Of a DNA stretch of 64,000 bases, positions 1 to 9,736 are shown piece after piece (the stretch's first letter is position 1; each line of letters starts with the position of its first letter). The notes beneath the pieces were generated by a model, which was given only the letters and a program-made list of their open reading frames with translations, was not told the DNA's origin and did not search any database. The translations under genes were made by a program, and so were the position numbers. Source of the DNA: an uncultured Alphaproteobacteria bacterium (GTDB lineage: Bacteria; Pseudomonadota; Alphaproteobacteria; RF32; CAG-239); NCBI GenBank assembly GCA_910576955.1, contig CAJTJB010000005.1, positions 2,844 through 66,843 on the forward strand, read 5' to 3'.

Positions 1-43
1 ATAACCGCCACATAATAAAAACAATTCTTAAAGGAGCAATCAA

Positions 44-1156
44 ATGGGATTTAATTGTGGCATTGTTGGTCTTCCAAACGTTGGCAAATCCACACTTTTT
101 AACGCCTTAACCCAAACCATCGCCGCACAGGCGGCAAACTTTCCGTTCTGCACGATTGAGCCGAATACCGGACGTGTTGCCGTGCCGGATAAACGTTTGC
201 AGGAGCTGGCTGATATTGTCCATCCCAAAAACATTGTTCCGACACAACTGGAGTTTGTAGACATCGCCGGTTTGGTAAAAGGCGCCTCCAAAGGCGAGGG
301 CTTGGGCAACCAGTTTCTTGCCAACATCCGCGAAACCGATGCCATAATTCACGTTCTCCGCTGCTTTGAAGACGGCAATATCACCCACGTTGAAGGCTCG
401 GTAGACCCGATTCGCGATGCGGAAATCGTCGAAACCGAACTGATGATTGCAGACCTCGAATCTTTAGAAAAGCGCTTTGAACAAACCAAAAAGAAAGCCC
501 AAACCGGCGGCGATAAAGAATCAGCCGTCCGCGCCCGCGTGATGGAACCAATAATCAACGCCTTGCGCGAGGGCAAACCCGCCCGCACTGCCGCTCCGTC
601 AGAAGCAGACAAAGACGCTTATAAACAATACCAAATGATGCAGCTTTTAACCTCCAAACCGGTTTTATACGTTTGCAACGTAGATGAAGAAAGCGCTGCG
701 ACCGGTAACGAATTTTCCAAACGCGTGTTTGAAAAAGCCGCAAAAGAAAACGCCAAAGCGGTCATTATCTCCGCTGCGATTGAATCCGAAGTCGCCCAGC
801 TTGACAGCGAAGAAGAAAAGCAGGAATTCCTCTCCGCATTAGGGCTGGAAGAAACAGGCCTTACAAAAATCATTAAAGCCGGCTACGCACTGTTAGGGCT
901 TGAAACTTATTTTACCGCCGGACCGAAAGAAGTACGCGCTTGGACATTCCTCAAAGGTTCAAAAGCCCCGCAATGCGCCGGCATTATTCATTCTGACTTC
1001 GAACGCGGTTTTATCCGTGCCGAAACCATCGCCTACGATGACTACATTAAATACAACGGCGAGCAAGGCTGCAAAGAAGCAGGCAAAATGCGTTCTGAAG
1101 GCAAAGAATATGTCGTTAAAGACGGCGACTTGTTAAATTTCTTATTCAATGTTTAA
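44..1156 (+). CDS. ychF: Ribosome-binding ATPase YchF (Obg-like GTPase family)
   Basis: 370-aa ORF; N-terminal G1 P-loop GLPNVGKSTLFNAL; conserved C-terminal TGS/YchF region; aggag RBS about 8 nt upstream of ATG. Confidence 0.9.
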   Translation: MGFNCGIVGLPNVGKSTLFNALTQTIAAQAANFPFCTIEPNTGRVAVPDKRLQELADIVHPKNIVPTQLEFVDIAGLVKGASKGEGLGNQFLANIRETDAIIHVLRCFEDGNITHVEGSVDPIRDAEIVETELMIADLESLEKRFEQTKKKAQTGGDKESAVRARVMEPIINALREGKPARTAAPSEADKDAYKQYQMMQLLTSKPVLYVCNVDEESAATGNEFSKRVFEKAAKENAKAVIISAAIESEVAQLDSEEEKQEFLSALGLEETGLTKIIKAGYALLGLETYFTAGPKEVRAWTFLKGSKAPQCAGIIHSDFERGFIRAETIAYDDYIKYNGEQGCKEAGKMRSEGKEYVVKDGDLLNFLFNV

Positions 1157-1158
1157 AA

Positions 1159-1182
1159 AAGGCGGGCTTTCCCGCCTTTTTC
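1159..1182 (+). terminator. Rho-independent terminator after ychF
   Basis: GC hairpin ggcggg-cttt-cccgcc followed by a T-run directly after the ychF stop. Confidence 0.7.
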
Positions 1183-1264
1183 ATAAAAATCTTGCAATTT
1201 AAAGACATTACTGTTAGACTACGCTTAAATAAAAATCATTATGTCTAACTAAATTTTTATAAGT

Positions 1265-1621
1265 ATGAATCAATTTTTAAAATTTGCCAAACGGCATTTT
1301 GCCGAAAAGCTTGGTGTTTCCGCAGAAGACGTGGAAAAATGGTACGACTTCGTAAATAAAAATTTTTTTATTTACATTGCTAGCAGTAAATACATTTCTC
1401 CCGATAAACCGGAAACATTCTCCGGACAAAGCGAGTTCAAAACACCTGAAGACGCGTTGAATATCGCCCTCCAAAAGGTTAACAGCGTTGAATTTACCAG
1501 AGAGATACACTTCACCGTTTTCTGCGATATTCCGTTTAATGCCTTAATTCTGTTTGACACAGAGCGGGAAAGGAAGCGGATAATGGAGAAAGACAGTCTT
1601 TTCAAAAACAGAAAAAGCTAA
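1265..1621 (+). CDS. Small hypothetical protein, paralog A of a tandem triplet
   Basis: 118-aa ORF; shares motifs with the next two ORFs: FAEKLGVS near the N-terminus, HFF, and C-terminal ILILFDTERERKRIM. Confidence 0.5.
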   Translation: MNQFLKFAKRHFAEKLGVSAEDVEKWYDFVNKNFFIYIASSKYISPDKPETFSGQSEFKTPEDALNIALQKVNSVEFTREIHFTVFCDIPFNALILFDTERERKRIMEKDSLFKNRKS

Positions 1622-1625
1622 ACCT

Positions 1626-2048
1626 ATGAAAAAGCTCTCTGACTTCACAGATCAGCAATACGCCGAAAAACTTGGTGTATCAATAAGAAGAATTGACAGC
1701 CTGCGCAAATACGTGCACCGACATTTCTTTATTGAAATTTACTCCAATCCGCCACACCGCTATAACAAGCGCGAAACATTTTCAGCTCATCTGAAAATCC
1801 TTAACGATTATGAGACATGTCTAGGTCTGATTACTTTCTGTACAAAAGACGGAAAATTTAAATTTAACTCACCGGAAAAAGCCCTAAAAGTAGCGTTGCG
1901 AAACATTAGGAATGTAGAGTTTGAAAAAGCTGAAGCGCGCCGTATCGGTAACATTCCGCCAAATATTCTCCTTCTGTTTGATACAGAAGAGGAAGAAAGA
2001 CGGATATTGCGAAAACTCAACGCTGATAAATATGGACAAACTCACTGA
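1626..2048 (+). CDS. Small hypothetical protein, paralog B of the tandem triplet
   Basis: 140-aa ORF; YAEKLGVSIRRIDSL, HFFIEIYS, ILLLFDTEEEERRIL; starts 5 nt after paralog A stops. Confidence 0.5.
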   Translation: MKKLSDFTDQQYAEKLGVSIRRIDSLRKYVHRHFFIEIYSNPPHRYNKRETFSAHLKILNDYETCLGLITFCTKDGKFKFNSPEKALKVALRNIRNVEFEKAEARRIGNIPPNILLLFDTEEEERRILRKLNADKYGQTH

Positions 2049-2412
2049 CTTTATGCGGAAGCAATATGCCGAAAAGCTTAAAGTTCCTGTTGAAGAGGTA
2101 GAAGAATTGCACACTTTCGTACAAGAACACTTCTACCTCTCCATCAACAGCTACCCGCAACCACCGGCAGGAAAACCGAAACTGTTTTACTCGAGATTAT
2201 GGTTCAAGGACGATGAAGACGCTTATATCATAGCTGAATTTGATAAAAAAGCCCCTTTATCTTCCCCAGCTGAAGCACTGGACAAAGCCGTAACCCAAGT
2301 AAGCCGCACGACTTTCTCTTATTTCAAATACTTCCCGACAAACATTTTGATATTGTTTGATACGAAACGGGAACGAAACAGAATAATGACTGAAAGTTGG
2401 TACTTCAAATAA
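2027..2412 (+). CDS. Small hypothetical protein, paralog C of the tandem triplet
   Basis: Start placed at internal ATG (MDKLTDFMRKQYAEKLKVPVEEV) where homology to paralogs A and B begins; C-terminal ILILFDTKRERNRIM; overlaps the paralog B stop by about 20 nt. Confidence 0.5.
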
Positions 2413-2414
2413 AA

Positions 2415-2442
2415 AAGCGGGAGATTTTCTCCCGCCTTTTTA
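2415..2442. terminator. Bidirectional rho-independent terminator between paralog C and trxB
   Basis: Hairpin gcgggaga-tttt-ctcccgc flanked by an A-run on the left and a T-run on the right, between convergent genes. Confidence 0.7.
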
Positions 2443-2446
2443 TTGC

Positions 2447-3382
2447 TTATTCAACATCCAGATACTCAATCGCATCCATCGCCGCTTTCGCCCCGCTGCC
2501 GGCGGAAATAATTGCCTGCTTATATTTCGGGTCTTTCACGTCACCTGCAGCAAACACACCCTCAATATCCGTCTGCGAACAGTTTTCGTGCGTCACGATA
2601 TAGCCTTTGCTATCCAAAATCAAATTGCCTTTAAAAATTTCCGTATTCGGCTGGTGTCCGACTGCCACAAAAATCCCGTCAACCGGTAAAACCTTTGTCG
2701 CATCGCTTTCCACATTGCGGATTTTAAGCCCTGTAACTTTACGCGGTTCATCCTCACCTAAAATCTCTTCAACCACGCTGTCCCATTCAATCGAAATCTT
2801 GCGGTTATTAAAAATTTTATCTTGCAAAATCTTATCCGCCCGCAACTGATGGCGTCTGTGTACCAAAATCACCTTATCCGCAAGCGTTGCCAAATACAAA
2901 GCTTCCGCCGCTGCCGAATTACCGCCGCCGATAACAGCAACCGTCCGCCCGCGATAGAAAAATCCGTCACACGTTGCACAAGCCGACACGCCATAGCCCA
3001 GATATTTCTTTTCCGATTCGATATTAAGCCACTTTGCCGAAGACCCTGTTGCCACAATCACCGCACGGGCTTTATAGGAGTGTCCGTTTTCCGAGCTGCA
3101 AACAAACGGGCGATGTGCAAAATCGACCTCGACAATATGGTCATTTACCATCTGCACGCCCAGTTTCAAAGCCTGCTGTTTCATCTTATCCATCAGCTCA
3201 AAGCCGCTGATTTCCTCAAACCCGGGGTAATTTTCAATGCTGTTAGTCATTGTCAGCTGCCCGCCCTCTTGATTACCGGCAACAATCATTGTATTTAAGC
3301 CGGCGCGTGCTGCATAAATTCCCGCCGTATATCCTGCCGGTCCGGAACCCAAAATTAACAAATCAACCGTATATAGTGCCAT
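2447..3382 (-). CDS. trxB: Thioredoxin-disulfide reductase
   Basis: 311 aa; N-terminal FAD-binding GSGPAGYTAGIYAARAG; redox-active CATCDGFF motif; NADPH-binding GGGNSAAEEA-like motif. Confidence 0.9.
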   Translation of the reverse strand: MALYTVDLLILGSGPAGYTAGIYAARAGLNTMIVAGNQEGGQLTMTNSIENYPGFEEISGFELMDKMKQQALKLGVQMVNDHIVEVDFAHRPFVCSSENGHSYKARAVIVATGSSAKWLNIESEKKYLGYGVSACATCDGFFYRGRTVAVIGGGNSAAAEALYLATLADKVILVHRRHQLRADKILQDKIFNNRKISIEWDSVVEEILGEDEPRKVTGLKIRNVESDATKVLPVDGIFVAVGHQPNTEIFKGNLILDSKGYIVTHENCSQTDIEGVFAAGDVKDPKYKQAIISAGSGAKAAMDAIEYLDVE

Positions 3383-3391
3383 AATGCTCTC

Positions 3392-4057
3392 CTAGTTTAA
3401 TAGTTTCAAAGTGCTTTCGCGCAATCTCTTTATCCGAGATGCCTTATCTCTTTCCCCCTGCAATTCATATATCGCCAAAAGTTGGCTGCTGATATTGAGC
3501 GTATCCTGATACTTCGCATAAAAATTCCCATCCTGTCCCATCACCCCATCCAAAGCTTTTTCCAAAAATTTAGCTTTAATTTGAGGCAACTCTGCATTTT
3601 CAGCAAGCAACATATATGCAGCAAACTTTTCGTCCGAATTATGATTTTCCGCCCAGGTTTCTTCAACCTTAACCAAGGCATCCTCATCATTAACATAGTA
3701 ATAGACATCTTTTAACGCCAGCAAAACCCGATTTTTTTCTTCTGTTGAACGGGCATAAGCCAGCGCTTGATTATAATATTCCGCTGCCAGAAAGTATCTC
3801 GCATTATCTTGGTTTTGTAAACCGTCTTCATAGTAAATATCACCAAGTTTAACATATGTCCAAAACAATACCGAAGAAACATTCGGCGCATAGGTATCAT
3901 TATGTTGCAAAAATTTCATAAAAAACCGCAAAATTGCGCTATATTGCACAATTTTCGCATCATTATTCAAAAAATTTTCCCGTTCCTGCACCATTTTATA
4001 TAAGTGTAAAAAACGGTTTTCTGCGCTTGTTTCAGTCGTCACAGCCGTTTTCAACAT
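3392..4057 (-). CDS. Hypothetical protein, predicted all-alpha/TPR-like
   Basis: 221-aa ORF, with trxB and the next gene abutting it on the same strand; Tyr/Ala/Leu-rich helical repeats (YYNQALAYARSTEEKNRVLLALKDVYYY); no catalytic motif recognised. Confidence 0.45.
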   Translation of the reverse strand: MLKTAVTTETSAENRFLHLYKMVQERENFLNNDAKIVQYSAILRFFMKFLQHNDTYAPNVSSVLFWTYVKLGDIYYEDGLQNQDNARYFLAAEYYNQALAYARSTEEKNRVLLALKDVYYYVNDEDALVKVEETWAENHNSDEKFAAYMLLAENAELPQIKAKFLEKALDGVMGQDGNFYAKYQDTLNISSQLLAIYELQGERDKASRIKRLRESTLKLLN

Positions 4058-4076
4058 ATTTATTCTCCAAACTAAA

Positions 4077-4352
4077 CTATAAAATTCCCCCGCTGTTCAG
4101 GCAATAGTCTTCATTATTCAGCGCATATTTTTGATGAACCGGACATTCCGGACACAAACAGCCGCGATGTTCGTGAATACAATTGCTCTTTTCAAAAGCA
4201 CAAAACATCATTTCCAAATGCTGAACATCATCAATATGCGCCACCTCCTCGGTCAATTCCGGCACATTTTTAATCTTGCAGGTTTTCGTATATGACGGGC
4301 AAGTCAAACACATACACTCTCTGGCGTTTTCAACGGTTTTATCAACATGCAT
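4077..4352 (-). CDS. Small cysteine-rich protein (putative metal-binding)
   Basis: Start set at MHVDK, which has an aggagag RBS 7 nt upstream; 91 aa with about 12 Cys arranged as CMCLTCPSYTKTC ... CIHEHRGCLCPECPVH. Confidence 0.5.
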   Translation of the reverse strand: MHVDKTVENARECMCLTCPSYTKTCKIKNVPELTEEVAHIDDVQHLEMMFCAFEKSNCIHEHRGCLCPECPVHQKYALNNEDYCLNSGGIL

Positions 4353-4446
4353 ATTTTCTCTCCTAACAATAACTATCAGACAAGCTAAAAATATGCGCAA
4401 ATCCCTCTAAAACAATTAAACTATGCCCTATATTTAGGGTTATAGC

Positions 4447-4734
4447 TTAAAGGCGTATAAACCGCCCTTGTTGTATGGACGGCAAAACCGGAGATTCGCT
4501 TCCGGCTAAAAAAGATATCTTATCAACCCTTGCAAACAACGGACCACCATAACAGCGTTTTATCATTTCATCCACCGCCGTTTCTTCCCCGCACATTAAA
4601 ATCTCGACGCTGCCGTCTTCAACATTTCGAACCCAGCCGGAAAGCCCGCCGATTTCCAGAGCCTGCATAACTGCCCATCGCCGAAACCCGATTCGCTGAA
4701 CACGTCCCTCAATTTTCAGATAAACTTTTTTCAT
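4447..4734 (-). CDS. acyP: Acylphosphatase
   Basis: About 95 aa from MKKVYLKIEGRVQRIGFR...GWVRNVEDGSVE, matching acylphosphatase signature regions; ggag RBS upstream. Confidence 0.7.
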   Translation of the reverse strand: MKKVYLKIEGRVQRIGFRRWAVMQALEIGGLSGWVRNVEDGSVEILMCGEETAVDEMIKRCYGGPLFARVDKISFLAGSESPVLPSIQQGRFIRL

Positions 4735-5203
4735 TCCGTAGCCGCTCCAATTGTGCAAGTTCGTTTCTTATATTCTTATGCTGTTCATCTGTTTCCGCAA
4801 TAGCGCCCCATTTTGATTGCTGCCAAAGTTCCTCATAAAAGCCCGCCGAAAAAAGCTGCTCCGCAGAAATTTTCCCCTCTGCAAACAAGACGCCGAGCAA
4901 AACCGAACGCACTTTTATTGCCGCCAAATACAACACTGCAAATTTATAAACGGGCAACCTCTTCAAATATGCCTGCAAACCGGCATCCTGCTCAAAATTT
5001 ACAGCAGCAACCTCAAGCCCTATTGTCAAAACAAACACTGTATTTAAAATCTTATTTGCGGCAGTCACATACGGAGTGTAAAAATCCGCACATTTCTCAT
5101 CAAACGCAAACAATATCGTATCCGTTTTAATAAAAGCAATCAGGGTATCGGTCAGCCGTACCCTGCTTTGCTCGATTTCTTTTAAAATCTTCTCCGAAAA
5201 CAT
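4709..5203 (-). CDS. Hypothetical protein
   Basis: 164-aa ORF packed between the AsmA-family gene and acyP on the same strand; no firm family assignment (weak resemblance to alphaproteobacterial ATP12-like chaperones is speculative). Confidence 0.4.
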   Translation of the reverse strand: MFSEKILKEIEQSRVRLTDTLIAFIKTDTILFAFDEKCADFYTPYVTAANKILNTVFVLTIGLEVAAVNFEQDAGLQAYLKRLPVYKFAVLYLAAIKVRSVLLGVLFAEGKISAEQLFSAGFYEELWQQSKWGAIAETDEQHKNIRNELAQLERLRNEKSLSEN

Positions 5204-7320
5204 TATTCCGATTGGCTCTTTCTTTCCAACGTGCCGCCGGATAACAGATTAAGCAATCCTTTTGTCGTATCTTTCACCACACCGACACTATCATCCAAAA
5301 TCTGCCCGACATCGCCGGTGGTGGATTGGATAACATTTTCGGGTTTCGGAAACATCGTTTCATATCCTGTTCCCTGCAGCGCCGTATAACACGGTGAGCC
5401 GTCATTTTCCAACAACATCTGCGCCCCGAGATAAACCGGACCGCCCGTAGTCACGCCAACAATGGTTTTAACGGCATTTGCGCTGTCTATACCAATTTTC
5501 GGGTTTTGTATCGTTCCGGTCAGCTTAACCAACGAAGAAAGCGCTTTAGCAATATTCGTATCGGTCAACTTTCCGGCAAAAGGTTTAATACTAACGCTGA
5601 TTTTATCATTTTTCAGATTAACGTTCCCGTTTGCAACCAGCGTAAATTTATCAGCATTCATAACAATTCCGTTCGGAAAATCCGCCTTGCCGTTTTTAAC
5701 ATCCGCACGAACAACCGCACAGCTTAAATTCAAATCGTCATTTCCCTTTGTCAGCTTTAAGGTATCAAACAATTGCGAAATAATATTGCCTTTTAACAGC
5801 CCGATATTGCCTAAATGCAACTGCGATTTATTAACAATGGCTATCGTCTGTCCGTTCAAACTGTCAATAACGCTTGCCGCCGTTGCACCGTTTCCAGACA
5901 AGTTAATATGAACATCCGTATCACTGCCGCTCGCAAAGTTAAACACCGACGAATCGGCATTAAGCGCTTTCATCAATTTCAATAAATTCATTTTAGAAAT
6001 ATCTGCATTAACAGCCACCGACTGATTAGCCGCATTGACATTCAAATTTGCCGCAACACTGCCATCTGCAATAGTTCCGCGCAAAATTTTTACCATTGCC
6101 GCACCATTGTTAATTGTTGCATTAACAGCCAAATCGCTCACTAAAACGGCATTTCCGTTCACAAGCTCTCCAACCGACACATCCGCATTAGCGTTAACAC
6201 TGTATAATTGCTGATAAGGAATCACAACCGCCGGAACCAAAGTTGTTGCCTGTGCCGAACGAATGAGAGAAATTCCCTGTGCCGTTTTGCTGGTGTCCGC
6301 AAAGGATGAAATATCAAATTTAGGCGCATTAATAACTGCAGAAACAGTGGGCACTTTATTGCCCAAATCCGCTTTTATCGTTCCGGTAATAATGTTTCCC
6401 GCAATTTTGAAACTTTTAATTGCCGCATCAACATTTTTCAAATCACCCTTAAAAGCCACCTCGACAGATTCGTTATAACTGCTGTTTTTTCCCATAAAAC
6501 CGGCAGCATCCGCAGTTCCCTCAAAACGGATATTGCCGCCCAAAACGTCATAAAGCAACACCTCCGCATTAGCTTTAATGCCCATAACATCAAGCGCGGC
6601 TTTCACCGGATATCCCGATGCGGAATTAAGAGATTTTAAAGCGCCGAATTCCCCCGAACCATTGTACAGACCGTTATTAACGTCAAATTTAAAATCAATA
6701 TTACCATCGGCATTTTCTTCCAAATTTAACAAGCTGATGTCGTAACTTTCCGTTTTAGCGGATTTATTCGTATAATTGATTTTAACATTTTCTAATGCCA
6801 CCTGCTTAACCACCAAAGCGGATAAAAACGACGCTGCATCATTTGAAGCAGCCGCTTCAGCCGCTTTTGCGCTCTTAATTAAAGAAAATTCAGCCTGTTT
6901 TTCCTGCGTCACCGGCAATTCCGGCAAAGTAAATTCCCAGTTAGCCTCACCGCTCGCACTTTCTTCAAGATTAATAACCGCGCCATTAAGCTTAAACATA
7001 TCAATAACGACATTTTTGCGCAACAGCGGCAACACGGCAAACCCCAAATCCACGACATCCGCGCTGACCATAACCGGATTATTTGCCCATTGCGCATTAG
7101 AGAAAGTCACATTTTTAACTTCAATTGTCGGATTAAACGACGCCTTAACCTGAATATCGCCGATTGTCAACTCGCGCCCTGTCGAACTGCGAACCGTCTT
7201 GATAATCAGCTCTTTATAACGGTTAAAATCAATCTGCGTTAATGCAATATAACCGGCAACAACCGCCGCCGCACACAAACCGATAACGGAAAACAAAACA
7301 ATCTTAATTGCTTTTTTCAT
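5203..7320 (-). CDS. AsmA-family outer-membrane assembly protein
   Basis: 705 aa; single N-terminal TM helix (IVLFSVIGLCAAAVVAGYIAL) followed by a long Asn/Gly/Val-rich beta-rich periplasmic region typical of AsmA/TamB-like proteins. Confidence 0.7.
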   Translation of the reverse strand: MKKAIKIVLFSVIGLCAAAVVAGYIALTQIDFNRYKELIIKTVRSSTGRELTIGDIQVKASFNPTIEVKNVTFSNAQWANNPVMVSADVVDLGFAVLPLLRKNVVIDMFKLNGAVINLEESASGEANWEFTLPELPVTQEKQAEFSLIKSAKAAEAAASNDAASFLSALVVKQVALENVKINYTNKSAKTESYDISLLNLEENADGNIDFKFDVNNGLYNGSGEFGALKSLNSASGYPVKAALDVMGIKANAEVLLYDVLGGNIRFEGTADAAGFMGKNSSYNESVEVAFKGDLKNVDAAIKSFKIAGNIITGTIKADLGNKVPTVSAVINAPKFDISSFADTSKTAQGISLIRSAQATTLVPAVVIPYQQLYSVNANADVSVGELVNGNAVLVSDLAVNATINNGAAMVKILRGTIADGSVAANLNVNAANQSVAVNADISKMNLLKLMKALNADSSVFNFASGSDTDVHINLSGNGATAASVIDSLNGQTIAIVNKSQLHLGNIGLLKGNIISQLFDTLKLTKGNDDLNLSCAVVRADVKNGKADFPNGIVMNADKFTLVANGNVNLKNDKISVSIKPFAGKLTDTNIAKALSSLVKLTGTIQNPKIGIDSANAVKTIVGVTTGGPVYLGAQMLLENDGSPCYTALQGTGYETMFPKPENVIQSTTGDVGQILDDSVGVVKDTTKGLLNLLSGGTLERKSQSE

Positions 7321-7326
7321 AATAAG

Positions 7327-8256
7327 TTACTCCTTAAAATTTAATCCGAGCGTTTTTAAACTGTCTTTAAAATAATCCGGCAATTTGGCCTTAACAACCA
7401 TTTTTTTACCATAAACCGAAGATAAATCTATTTTATAAGCGTGCAAGTGTAATTTATTTATAAACAGGCTGCTTTTCATTCTTTCTGTTCCAAAATACTT
7501 GCCATCCCCCAAAATCGGCGCACCGATATATTCCAAATGAGCGCGGATTTGATGTGTTCTGCCGGTCAACGGACTTGCGGCAATGAGTGCAAACCTGTCG
7601 GCAACGCTGTCAAGCACCTCATATTCAGTAACAGCCGGCTTGCCGCCTTCCAAAACCTGCACCCGTCCGTCCGCTTTTTCAAGCGGGGCTTTAATCTCGC
7701 CCGCCTCTTTAGGCGGCACGCCGCGCGCCAGTGCTAAATATGTCTTTTGCAACGTATGCTCTCTAAAAGCTTTAGTCAAAGTATCCGCCATTTTGCGATT
7801 ACGCGCCAAAACTAACACGCCGCTCGTATCCTTATCGATTCGATGAACCAGTTTCGGCTTTTCCTCATTGCCGAATTTCAACGCATCCAATAACCCGTCA
7901 ATATGTTTGAGCGTATTTGTGCCGCCCTGCACCGCCAACCCCGACGGCTTATTCAAAACAATGATATTCTCATCTTTATAGATAACCATATCTTCAATAT
8001 ACTTCGCATCGCGCTCCGAAACTGTGCTATGGGTTATCTCTTTTTTTTCGTTCTCAAGCGGCGGCACACGCACCTCCTGCCCTTTTTCCAAGCGGGTATT
8101 TGCCTCTGCCCGTCCACCGTCGACCTTAATCTGCTTTGTCCGCAGCAATTTTTGCAACCGTCCGAGGCTCAAGCCCGGATAATATTTCAAAAACCACCGG
8201 TTAAGCCTGATTCCGTCATCTTCCGCCTTAACTTTAACTAATTCGACACCACTCAT
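7327..8256 (-). CDS. RluA-family 23S rRNA pseudouridine synthase (RluC/RluD-like) with S4 domain
   Basis: 309 aa; N-terminal S4 RNA-binding region; catalytic motif HRIDKDTSGVLVLAR; PsiU synthase core. Confidence 0.85.
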   Translation of the reverse strand: MSGVELVKVKAEDDGIRLNRWFLKYYPGLSLGRLQKLLRTKQIKVDGGRAEANTRLEKGQEVRVPPLENEKKEITHSTVSERDAKYIEDMVIYKDENIIVLNKPSGLAVQGGTNTLKHIDGLLDALKFGNEEKPKLVHRIDKDTSGVLVLARNRKMADTLTKAFREHTLQKTYLALARGVPPKEAGEIKAPLEKADGRVQVLEGGKPAVTEYEVLDSVADRFALIAASPLTGRTHQIRAHLEYIGAPILGDGKYFGTERMKSSLFINKLHLHAYKIDLSSVYGKKMVVKAKLPDYFKDSLKTLGLNFKE

Positions 8257-9581
8257 TTATCTTCGTCCTTTTGTTGCTTTCTTGCCTTTTGTTTTTCGAT
8301 TCGCAATTTATCAAAATAATCGATTCTCTTTTTTATCTCCCGCTCAAAACCACGGTCAACCGGATTATAAAACCGCCGCCGCCCCATCTCTTCGGGAAAA
8401 TAATTTTGCCCTGAAAAGCCGTCTTCCAAATCTTGGTCATAAATATAACCGTCGTTATATCCCAGATTTTTCATAAGTTTTGTCGGTGCGTTTAAAATAT
8501 GTTTCGGCGGCATCAGCGAACCGGTTTGCCTTGCGGCCGCAAAAGCGCTGTGCATAGCTTTATAAACCGCGGCCGATTTCGGCGCAGTCGCCAAATATGC
8601 CGTTAACTGCATCACAGCCAACTCCCCCTCGGGTGAGCCGAGCCGCTCAAACGTTTCCGCACATGCAATGGCTTGCGCCACCGCATTAGGGTCTGCCAAA
8701 GAAACATCCTCAACCGCAAACCGTACCAAGCGCCTTATAATATACCGCGGGTCTTCGCCCGAAGTCAGCATCCGTGCCACCCAATACAAAGCCGCATCCA
8801 CATCCGAACCGCGCAAAGATTTATGCACTGCCGAAATCAAATTATAATGTCCGTCCCGCCCCTTGTCATACACCGGTGCACGCGAGCGGATAATTTTCAT
8901 CAGCTTGTCTTTGTCAAAAATTTCATCCGGTTTGGCATACGCCCACACGCTTTCCGCCAAATTGAGAATATAACGCCCGTCGCCGTCTGCCACATTTTTC
9001 ATAAACTCGCGCGCCTCATCGTCAACTGGCAGCTTAACCCCTTCTTCGCGCTCCGCCCGTTGCAGCAATTCCTCAAAATTTTCCGGCGTTAAGCGGTTAA
9101 GCACAAAAACTTGACAACGCGAAAGCAACGCTGCATTGAGCTCAAAAGACGGATTCTCTGTTGTTGCCCCCACCAAAATAACCGTACCGTCTTCAACATA
9201 CGGTAAAAAGCCGTCCTGCTGCGATTTATTAAAACGATGGATTTCATCCACAAACAAAAGCGTGCCTTTACCCTGTGTCACCCGCCGCTCTTTGGCATAT
9301 TGAAACACGCGTTTCAAATCCGCCACTCCGGAAAACACCGCTGAAATCTGCTCAAAATAAAGGTTCGTATGTTCGGCAATTAACCGTGCAATTGTTGTTT
9401 TGCCGCATCCCGGAGGTCCCCAGAGAATAAAAGAAGAAACCCTCCCCGTTCCGAGCATTCTGCCCAACGGCGAGTCTTCGCCCAACACTTGCTCCTGCCC
9501 CACCACATCCTGCAGCTTTTGAGGGCGAAGCCTGTCGGCAAGCGGTCTTTTGACCCTGTTTGAAAATAACGTTTCTTCCAT
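8253..9581 (-). CDS. rarA: Replication-associated recombination protein A (AAA+ ATPase)
   Basis: Walker A GPPGCGKTTIARLIA; Walker B LFVDEIHRFNKSQQD; MgsA C-terminal domain; start set at the ATG (MEETLFSN) rather than the upstream GTG; 4-nt overlap with the downstream rluC-like gene. Confidence 0.85.
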   Translation of the reverse strand: MEETLFSNRVKRPLADRLRPQKLQDVVGQEQVLGEDSPLGRMLGTGRVSSFILWGPPGCGKTTIARLIAEHTNLYFEQISAVFSGVADLKRVFQYAKERRVTQGKGTLLFVDEIHRFNKSQQDGFLPYVEDGTVILVGATTENPSFELNAALLSRCQVFVLNRLTPENFEELLQRAEREEGVKLPVDDEAREFMKNVADGDGRYILNLAESVWAYAKPDEIFDKDKLMKIIRSRAPVYDKGRDGHYNLISAVHKSLRGSDVDAALYWVARMLTSGEDPRYIIRRLVRFAVEDVSLADPNAVAQAIACAETFERLGSPEGELAVMQLTAYLATAPKSAAVYKAMHSAFAAARQTGSLMPPKHILNAPTKLMKNLGYNDGYIYDQDLEDGFSGQNYFPEEMGRRRFYNPVDRGFEREIKKRIDYFDKLRIEKQKARKQQKDEDK

Positions 9582-9736
9582 TTTTCCAATCTCGTTATAA
9601 AATATCACCTTTTATTAACACAAAGATTTAAAAGCTACAACTACATTTTTCTTAAAAACCGACATAGCTCTTGACTCTAAACAAGAAAGTTATACTATTC
9701 AACCATTAAAAAGAACAAACAACATAGGATGAAATT

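Noticed and set aside
1921-2026. N-terminal extension of paralog C in the track (ORF begins at 1921)
   Set aside because: Homology to paralogs A and B begins at the internal Met at 2027. The extension overlaps paralog B and has no counterpart in the other copies.
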